From: a virus
Lineage: Duplodnaviria; Caudoviricetes
Length of the DNA: 24,099 nucleotides
IMG/VR virus record: IMGVR_UViG_3300036985_000776
Coordinates: 1 to 24,099 of that record
Strand: one strand, 5' to 3'
Shown: piece after piece, positions 6,245 through 13,276 of the stretch
Layout of the letters: every line of letters begins with the position of its first letter
Numbering within the stretch: the first letter of the stretch is position 1
Program-made: the position numbers and the translations under genes
The notes under the pieces: generated by a model
Databases searched by the model: none
What the model was told of the DNA's origin: nothing
The model's input: the letters and a program-made list of their open reading frames with translations, nothing else

Positions 6245-8617
6245 ATGCCAATGATGCCGGGCCTGTCGCCCTCAATTCGTCAAATCTATCCTGAAGAGGA
6301 TGCACCGGCGGGTGACGATACCGAAATCACGATCAATGACGCGCCGGAAGGCGAAGACGTGCCGGAAATGGACGATTCCGGCAACATCCTGTCCATTGAA
6401 CACCCGGACGGTTCGATCACCGTAAGCATTGACGGCCAGCCGCTTGGGCAGGCCCCCGGCGTGGAAACCAAGCGCGATTGGTTCGATAATTTAGTAGACG
6501 ATATTGACGGCATGGAGCTTTCGCGGATCTCCGAAGAGCTTCTTCGCGGCGTGCGCGACGACATTCAGAGCCGTCAGGATTGGATTGAGAACCGGGCGAC
6601 CGGCCTGAAGCTGCTGGGCCTGAAGATTGAGCTTCCGGCCACGCAAGGCTCCGCTGACGGCGCGCCGGTCGAGGGCATGAGCAAGGTGCGGCACCCGCTC
6701 TTGCTTGAGGCCGTGCTGCGCTTCCAAGCGAACGCGCGCAGCGAGTTGCTTCCGACAGATGGCCCGGTGAAGATCCGCGAGGACAACAATAACTCCGATC
6801 CGCAATCCGACCGAATTGCTGACGCGCTGGAGCGCGACCTGAACCACTACCTCACCAGCACGGCCACGGAATATTACCCCGACACCGACCGCATGCTGCT
6901 GATGCTGGGCTTCGGCGGCACGGCGTTCAAGAAAGTGTACTTTTGTCCGTTACGGAATAGGCCGGTCTCCGAATCGGTTGATGCCGACGACCTGATCGTG
7001 AACCAATCTGCGACCGACCTGAGCAACGCCAAGCGCATCACCCACCGCATCCTGATGCGGTCGTCCATCGTAAAGCGCATGCAGATCTTGGGCGTCTACA
7101 AGGACGACGATCTCTCGACGCCGCTGGCCCTCAACCTCGACAGCGTGCAGCAGGAGAAGAACGCCATTCAGGGCGTTGCCGATACCACCCGCAATTCCGA
7201 AGAGCGCGACCGCGAGATCTATGAGATCTACTGCGAACTGGACATCAAGGGCTACCAGCACAAGCGCAAGGGCAAGGTCACCGGCCTTGAGATCCCGTAC
7301 CGCGTGACGGTGGACGTTTCGAGCCGCAAGATCCTGTCCATCGTGCGCAACTACGACGAAGAGACCAAGGATCTGCCCGAAGTCCGCGCCAATTTCGTCA
7401 AGTACACGTTCGTGCCGGGGCTGGGTTTCTACGACATTGGCCTGCTTCATATTCTGGGAAACACGACCAACGCCATCACCGCGGCGTGGCGCGAGCTTCT
7501 CGATGCTGGCATGTTCGCCAATTTCCCCGGCTTCCTCATGTCGGACACTGGCGCGCGGCAGAACACGAATATCTTCCGCGTTCCGCCGGGCGGTGGCGCG
7601 CTGGTGAAGACCGGCGGCCTGCCGATCAGCCAAGCCATCATGCCGCTTCCGTACAAGGAACCCAGCGGCGCGCTGATGCAGTTGGTGGACAACATTGCCC
7701 AGACCGGCATGCGCGTTGGCGGCACGTCGGAGCTTCAGGTGGGCGAAGGCCGCGCGGACGCGCCCGTGGGCACCACACTGGCCATGATCGAACAGGCGGC
7801 CAAGGTGCTGAACGCCGTCCACAAGCGCATGCATGCGGCGCAGGCGGAAGAGTTTGCCCTGATCGTCCGGTGCTTCAGGGAGAACCCGGAGAGCTTCTGG
7901 CAGCGCAACCGCAAGCCCGCCCTGCCGTGGGATGAGCAGACCTTTATAACGGCAATAAATCGGGTTGATCTGGTGCCGCAGGCGGATCCGAACACGGCGA
8001 GCCACGCGCAGCGCCTAATGAAGATCATGGCCCTGAAGCAGCTTCAGGGGTCGAACCCTGAACTGTACGATGCCGTGGCGGTCGATAAGGCGGCGTTGCA
8101 GGCGATTGGCTGGAGCAACCCTGAGCAGTTCATGGTTCCGTCTAACAAGCAGGATGAAACCCCGCCGGAAGTCCTGCAGGGCATCGAAGAACTCAAGATC
8201 AAGCGTCAGGACGCCGATACCAAGGCGAAGGCCGCTCAGGCCAAGGCGCAGGCAGACATGGCCAATGCGCAATCGAACCAGATCAGGGCGCAGGCCGACA
8301 TGCTCAAGGCCCAGCAGCCACCGGCAGGCGGCCTTGCGCCACCGCAGGAGGATCCGTCAAAGATCGTCGGCCTGCATCTCAAGGCGAGGGATATGCAGTT
8401 CAAGCAGGAGCGCGCCGCGGCTGACGATGTCAACCGGGATCTCGACCGGCAGGCTGACGTGACCATGAAGAAGATGGATCTGGAGAGCGACAGCATCAAG
8501 GCTTCGGCAGAGCGCGAGCATACCATGGCGGTTCAAGAGCGTGATCACTTGAGCGAGCATATCAGGCACGCTCACGAACTTATGGCTAAGACAAACTCAG
8601 AAGGCGAGGAAAAGTAA
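6245..8617 (+). CDS. portal protein (P22-like) with long acidic N-terminal and helical C-terminal extensions
   Basis: Follows terL; HPLLLEAVLRFQA, GTAFKKVY, PYRVTVD, FVKYTFVPGLGFYDIGL, APVGTTLAMIEQ...AVHKRMH and VPQADPN motifs characteristic of this portal group. Confidence 0.9.
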   Translation: MPMMPGLSPSIRQIYPEEDAPAGDDTEITINDAPEGEDVPEMDDSGNILSIEHPDGSITVSIDGQPLGQAPGVETKRDWFDNLVDDIDGMELSRISEELLRGVRDDIQSRQDWIENRATGLKLLGLKIELPATQGSADGAPVEGMSKVRHPLLLEAVLRFQANARSELLPTDGPVKIREDNNNSDPQSDRIADALERDLNHYLTSTATEYYPDTDRMLLMLGFGGTAFKKVYFCPLRNRPVSESVDADDLIVNQSATDLSNAKRITHRILMRSSIVKRMQILGVYKDDDLSTPLALNLDSVQQEKNAIQGVADTTRNSEERDREIYEIYCELDIKGYQHKRKGKVTGLEIPYRVTVDVSSRKILSIVRNYDEETKDLPEVRANFVKYTFVPGLGFYDIGLLHILGNTTNAITAAWRELLDAGMFANFPGFLMSDTGARQNTNIFRVPPGGGALVKTGGLPISQAIMPLPYKEPSGALMQLVDNIAQTGMRVGGTSELQVGEGRADAPVGTTLAMIEQAAKVLNAVHKRMHAAQAEEFALIVRCFRENPESFWQRNRKPALPWDEQTFITAINRVDLVPQADPNTASHAQRLMKIMALKQLQGSNPELYDAVAVDKAALQAIGWSNPEQFMVPSNKQDETPPEVLQGIEELKIKRQDADTKAKAAQAKAQADMANAQSNQIRAQADMLKAQQPPAGGLAPPQEDPSKIVGLHLKARDMQFKQERAAADDVNRDLDRQADVTMKKMDLESDSIKASAEREHTMAVQERDHLSEHIRHAHELMAKTNSEGEEK

Positions 8618-8618
8618 A

Positions 8619-9584
8619 ATGTCAGCACGCGACGATTTTGGATCAAGCGCCGGTAGAGGGCCGGGCGCTGGCGGCCTTGGCAATGGCGGCATCGGCGGCG
8701 GGATGGGCGCTGGCTCACGCGGCGGCGGTGCAGGCTACAACGGCGGCGCAGGCTCGCGCACCGGCCTGACCACCGGCACTACGTGGCACGGCAATACGGC
8801 CTTCGGCGCGCCCGGTGGCCGTGCAACCGGCTATGCGACACGCGATGCTAAAAGCCTTGGCCGCGCTGGCATGGGTCCGACGATGGGGCAGTATGGCGGG
8901 TTCAAGACAATGTCTGGCAACCCCATGTTTGGAGGATCCCCCGTTCAGGGGCAGTCGTTCAATGGCATGGGTGCTGGTCAGGCATTTGGCAGAGCCAAGC
9001 AGGCATACGATGCGTGGAAAGATTCTCAAATAGAGCAGGGGCCGCTCAATCGCCCGACGACCAATAGGCCAACCACCGGCAGGCCAAAGCCTTCCGTTGT
9101 GTCGCCGTTCACGCCGCCAGAACTGGATATTCCAGATCCTCTGCCGTTCCCCCCGGCTGAAGAAGTGCTGCCCCCTCAGATAGATAATTCTGATTACGAT
9201 TGGAGGCCGCCCAAGGATTTCTTTTCATCTACCGCGCCAAAACCTTGGCCGGGGCAAGGATCAAACCCGGAAGATTACGCGGCACCAAGCCCAAGGAAAA
9301 GCCCTCCCGGCACGCGCACCATTGACTCCACCAACGGGGGTTACCCCAGCCTAAGCCCTCCCGGCGGTGGCTCGTATCCACCGGGGGTGTATGCCTCTGG
9401 CGGCCTTGTGCGCTCTGCAATGCTCACCGCAAAGGGCGTGAACAATGGCATGAAGGGCGCGCTTGTCGTCAACCAGAAGGGCAATGTCGTCAGCGGCAAG
9501 CTCAAGTCTGGTCCGATTGTACAGGTTGGCACGGGCGGCAACGTGATGAAGCGTGGCACGGTCAAGATCACTTGGGGTTCGTAA
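8619..9584 (+). CDS. Gly/Pro-rich low-complexity protein, putative internal virion protein; one YASGGLV motif
   Basis: Starts 1 nt after the portal stop; Gly-rich N-half, Pro-rich middle. Confidence 0.7.
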   Translation: MSARDDFGSSAGRGPGAGGLGNGGIGGGMGAGSRGGGAGYNGGAGSRTGLTTGTTWHGNTAFGAPGGRATGYATRDAKSLGRAGMGPTMGQYGGFKTMSGNPMFGGSPVQGQSFNGMGAGQAFGRAKQAYDAWKDSQIEQGPLNRPTTNRPTTGRPKPSVVSPFTPPELDIPDPLPFPPAEEVLPPQIDNSDYDWRPPKDFFSSTAPKPWPGQGSNPEDYAAPSPRKSPPGTRTIDSTNGGYPSLSPPGGGSYPPGVYASGGLVRSAMLTAKGVNNGMKGALVVNQKGNVVSGKLKSGPIVQVGTGGNVMKRGTVKITWGS

Positions 9585-9596
9585 GGGGCAGGCGCG

Positions 9597-10823
9597 ATGG
9601 ATAGTTCCGACAAAATTGCGCAAGCCTTGCGCCTTGCAAGATCGACCGGCGGTAAGCTGGAACTAGATCGTGCGAAGGAAGCAAGGCGGCGTGCGCCGGG
9701 ACAAGTCGCGCCGTCCAAATACATGCCCGGCGTGCCGCGGCAGGTGCGCGCTGATGGTGGTAAGGCGGATGAGAACATAGATCAGTTCTTCGGCCCGACA
9801 GACCCCATCCTGCGCCGCCGCTATTACACCGGCACGTCGAAGGACAAGGATTTTACCGCGTTCCAAGAGAGCCGACATGGTACATGGCTCACGGATGACC
9901 CGAGTGAAGCGAGCAGTTATGCGGAGCAGAACGACAGTCAGAATCTGCGGCTGGTCCCCGGCACATGGAACTACGAAAAGGTGAACAGCGCCGCGCGCGT
10001 GATCCCCGCTTATGTGCGCGTTGAGAACCCGTATACGGGCGAACTCCCGGATTTTGCGCGCACCGACAATTATAAGAAAGCGCAGAGCGATTGGTTTGAC
10101 ACGCTGCGCAGAAAAGGGCACGATGCATGGGTGCCAGCAAGCAGCGAGGGAAGGCTTGTCGTAAAGCTCACGAATCAGGGCACGCACATCAAGAGCGCAA
10201 TCGGCAATTCTGGTGCCTATGACCTAAAAAAGAAGCATTTGGCCAAGGCCGAAGGCGGCGAGGTGGACGATCAGGATCCGACGCCAGACATCTCCAACCC
10301 CATGTCGATCTTCCCGAAGCCGCAGCGCATGTTCCCGGAAGAAGCGAGGCCGCCGGGCGGCCAGTATTTGGCGATGCCTGACAAGCGCGATGTCACCGGC
10401 CACAAATCCGCGGCAGCTACAATCGGCGTAAAGCCTGATGGAAAACCATTCTTCAGGGCTTCGGCTGATGCCGTGGAAAAGACCGGCAGCACCGGGCGCG
10501 GCACTGCGGCGGTGAAGACCAACTTGTTCAAGAAGAAGGCTGGCTGGAAATGGCTCGACGTGCCCACCGGGCATGAGGAAGCAGACACAATCGTGTCGGT
10601 TGAGCATCGCGGCAAGCATCACTATGCGCTGAATGCTCACTTTCCGAATGGCGTGGACCTTGCGCGTTACGAAAATTCGCCGTCAGAGCCTCGCCTACGC
10701 CCGACGACGACCGGAAATGTAGAATTGGGGCCGCAGGCTGGATCTATTGTTGTCCGCGGCAAGGAACATCCAGTATATCGCCATGTAATTGTTAAATCTT
10801 CAGGCGGTTTTGTTGGCGATTGA
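9597..10823 (+). CDS. two-domain putative virion cargo protein: ADP-ribosyltransferase-like (ART-PolyVal type) domain plus unknown domain
   Basis: YYTGT..DFTAF...GTWLTDDPSEASSYA...VIPAYVRVENP...LRRKGHDA...IKSAIGNSGAYD follows the pattern of ART domains of phage polyvalent proteins; four xxxGG motifs. Confidence 0.7.
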   Translation: MDSSDKIAQALRLARSTGGKLELDRAKEARRRAPGQVAPSKYMPGVPRQVRADGGKADENIDQFFGPTDPILRRRYYTGTSKDKDFTAFQESRHGTWLTDDPSEASSYAEQNDSQNLRLVPGTWNYEKVNSAARVIPAYVRVENPYTGELPDFARTDNYKKAQSDWFDTLRRKGHDAWVPASSEGRLVVKLTNQGTHIKSAIGNSGAYDLKKKHLAKAEGGEVDDQDPTPDISNPMSIFPKPQRMFPEEARPPGGQYLAMPDKRDVTGHKSAAATIGVKPDGKPFFRASADAVEKTGSTGRGTAAVKTNLFKKKAGWKWLDVPTGHEEADTIVSVEHRGKHHYALNAHFPNGVDLARYENSPSEPRLRPTTTGNVELGPQAGSIVVRGKEHPVYRHVIVKSSGGFVGD

Positions 10824-10832
10824 TTTGAAAAA

Positions 10833-10861
10833 TTGGACAAAACCGCAAGAAAAGCTATGCT
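10833..10861 (+). promoter_or_regulatory. putative internal promoter
   Basis: AT-rich gap with TTGGAC(A), 16-17 nt spacer, TATGCT (same -10 as at 6106). Confidence 0.45.
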
Positions 10862-10887
10862 GACAGCGAAATTTTGGGATCTTAGCC

Positions 10888-13257
10888 ATGAACAACGATG
10901 AAAGGTCTGCTCAGGCGCTGAGAATTGCAAAGTTGCAGCGTTACAGCGACCCCCAAAGCGAAAAACTGGGCAATTGGAACTGGCGGCCTTTGCCGCAAGT
11001 GGCCGAAGAGCTTGGAAACCTGCGCGAAATCCCTTCGCATGTGCAGAATTTTGGTCGCTTCATGGATGATACGGCCAAAAGGGCCAAGAATCAGGGCCTC
11101 ACGGCACGCGACCTGATTAAAGCCTACACAATTACGCTCTCCAGCATTCAGCGCGGGGCTTTATCGACCGACAAGATACGGGCAAAGGGCATGCCGGTGC
11201 CGAATGCCGGTCCCATGCTGCGCCCGGAAGGCGCTTTTGGCGAATGGCTGCACACGCCGGGCGGCCAAGCCTATCTTGACGCCGCCGAAAAGGGGCAGGT
11301 GCATGAAGGCGCGCTCAAGGACATGGCTTATCGCTTCGGCCATTACGGTCTGGTGAACAAACTGGGCGAGGGCATGCGCTGGGCCGCGGAGAACCTACCC
11401 GGCAAGGAAAGTCAGGTTTCCCATTTGGTTGCCGCGGCCATGGAGAAGGCCAGCCCGGTAAGGGAATGGCGAGATTTTGCCAAAGGCTTGCCCGGCATTG
11501 ATACCAGCAAGGCGGGTTTCGTGGCCTCGCTCATGGGTCGCGGTGATCAGCCGACATTCGACGCCCGGCAGCGGATCCTGCACACCGGCATGACCAGCAA
11601 GCAGGCTGGCAATATGATTGCCGGTGAAAAGATGAACCCCAAGGCACAGGACGCACTTGACCGTCTTATTTCTCGCCAGAAGGCAATGAACCTCGACCTG
11701 CCGGAAGAACTCAGCCCCTACTACCAGCATCTCGCGCATCATGCGGTATGGGATCAGGCCGAAGGCGACCAGACAACCCATCAGGACGTGATGGATTCCA
11801 TGCGGCACGCTGCAAGCGGCGGGCGCATCAAGGGCGGTCACGTTGCCAATCATCCGCTCGCGCAGGTCATGCGCGCCATGGGCTTACCCGGCTTGATTCA
11901 CAAGGCAGTCGGTGGCGAGGTCAGCGATGACGAGGCAGCCGACACGCTGAACGCGCTCAAGTCTGGTGCCATCACGTCGGATCAAGCCATTCAGCAGGCC
12001 ATGAGCCGCATTGGCGATGTCACCTCGCAGGATCCCATGATCGCCCAGCACGCGCGTGATGTCGAAGAGACATTGCGCACGAAAATGGGTCATGAAATGG
12101 GAACCGGCAGCTACTACAAGGTTACCCAGCCAATTGAAGCCCGTGACGTTCGCCCCAAGGTCAAGGGTATGCCGAAGAACCCGCTGAAAAAGCCGGTGAA
12201 CAAAACTTGGGAAGATTTCTACAATTCAGCCAAGGGCGGAACGCTTCTCAATTTGGGCGGCGACCGTTCAAATTTTGGTATTTTGACGCATATTGGTCAG
12301 GAGAAGCTTGCGTGGCCGGTGAAGCTCTACGCTGGCCCGAAATACATGCTTGAACCCAACAGGGGTGAGGTTTGGGCAAACAATCCTAATCATGCGACGG
12401 CATTAAGGAACGTCATTGAGACGGCGGCAAAGAAGGGCGATGTCTATGGTGCATATGCGCCAATGGGCCAGACAGGTTCAGATTCTGCTCATCATATGTT
12501 TGATGCGCTCATGGCGCAAATTCCAAACCGCAACATAGATTCAAAAGATGCGGCTGATTTTGACCAGCTTATTAAAAGCGGCGCTCACATCACCGGCAAT
12601 GGCAAGGTTGATGTTGCTCTTAGGAATTCTGCAAAAGAATATCTGGAAAAGTGGCCCGGAATTCTAAATTCTAAAGCAGCAAGCAAATTTGCATTGAAGC
12701 TTCCGGGCAATCAGCGCGCAGCCATTGTAAAGGCCATGGACAAGGGATACTGGCGTGACCGTGATTTTCCTGCGGTTGGCATTACCCGTGTAGCTGTGAC
12801 GGATCCCGACGTTGTGGGTGCTGGCGGAAATTTGATCGGCCACCGAATTGCCAAGCTTGACCCGGACGCAATCCTTCAAAACATCAAGACGCGAATGAAG
12901 CACCCAACATATTCATCTCCAACATTGGGAGAATATGAAGCCGACGTTCCGTTGCTGCCCCGTCAAGATGTTTTGGTTGATGCTACGAAAAAGCTCATGG
13001 GCAAACCGACAACGTCCGGGCAAATCGTTCACCCTTATTCCATGGACGCGCTTGGGCGCAGCACTTATCGCAAGCTCACCGAAGAGCAGAAGCAGACGCA
13101 ACCGATCAATCAAGAGATGATTGACAGCATCCAATCTGCTATTGAACGCCGAAAAACTTTTGGCATCAAGACCGGTGGTCGGGTTTCTAAATTCGGCTCT
13201 GACGCTGTCCAGAAGGCCGTGAACATTGCAAGGCAGCACAAACGGGGACGCCCGTAA
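10888..13257 (+). CDS. large two-domain putative virion cargo protein: HhH-GPD glycosylase-like domain plus unknown ~400-aa domain
   Basis: LPGIDTSKAGF...PTFD helix-hairpin-helix/Asp pattern and HHAVWD in the N-terminal domain; domains separated by AASGGRI and KAVGGEV. Confidence 0.7.
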   Translation: MNNDERSAQALRIAKLQRYSDPQSEKLGNWNWRPLPQVAEELGNLREIPSHVQNFGRFMDDTAKRAKNQGLTARDLIKAYTITLSSIQRGALSTDKIRAKGMPVPNAGPMLRPEGAFGEWLHTPGGQAYLDAAEKGQVHEGALKDMAYRFGHYGLVNKLGEGMRWAAENLPGKESQVSHLVAAAMEKASPVREWRDFAKGLPGIDTSKAGFVASLMGRGDQPTFDARQRILHTGMTSKQAGNMIAGEKMNPKAQDALDRLISRQKAMNLDLPEELSPYYQHLAHHAVWDQAEGDQTTHQDVMDSMRHAASGGRIKGGHVANHPLAQVMRAMGLPGLIHKAVGGEVSDDEAADTLNALKSGAITSDQAIQQAMSRIGDVTSQDPMIAQHARDVEETLRTKMGHEMGTGSYYKVTQPIEARDVRPKVKGMPKNPLKKPVNKTWEDFYNSAKGGTLLNLGGDRSNFGILTHIGQEKLAWPVKLYAGPKYMLEPNRGEVWANNPNHATALRNVIETAAKKGDVYGAYAPMGQTGSDSAHHMFDALMAQIPNRNIDSKDAADFDQLIKSGAHITGNGKVDVALRNSAKEYLEKWPGILNSKAASKFALKLPGNQRAAIVKAMDKGYWRDRDFPAVGITRVAVTDPDVVGAGGNLIGHRIAKLDPDAILQNIKTRMKHPTYSSPTLGEYEADVPLLPRQDVLVDATKKLMGKPTTSGQIVHPYSMDALGRSTYRKLTEEQKQTQPINQEMIDSIQSAIERRKTFGIKTGGRVSKFGSDAVQKAVNIARQHKRGRP

Positions 13258-13276
13258 ACCTAGCTAGGAGACGACA

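Noticed and set aside
10226-10232. In-frame A_AAA_AAG slippery heptamer at the end of the ART-like domain
   Set aside because: The -1 frame gives only about 50 unremarkable residues before a stop, there is no convincing stimulatory structure, and Lys-Lys codons explain it
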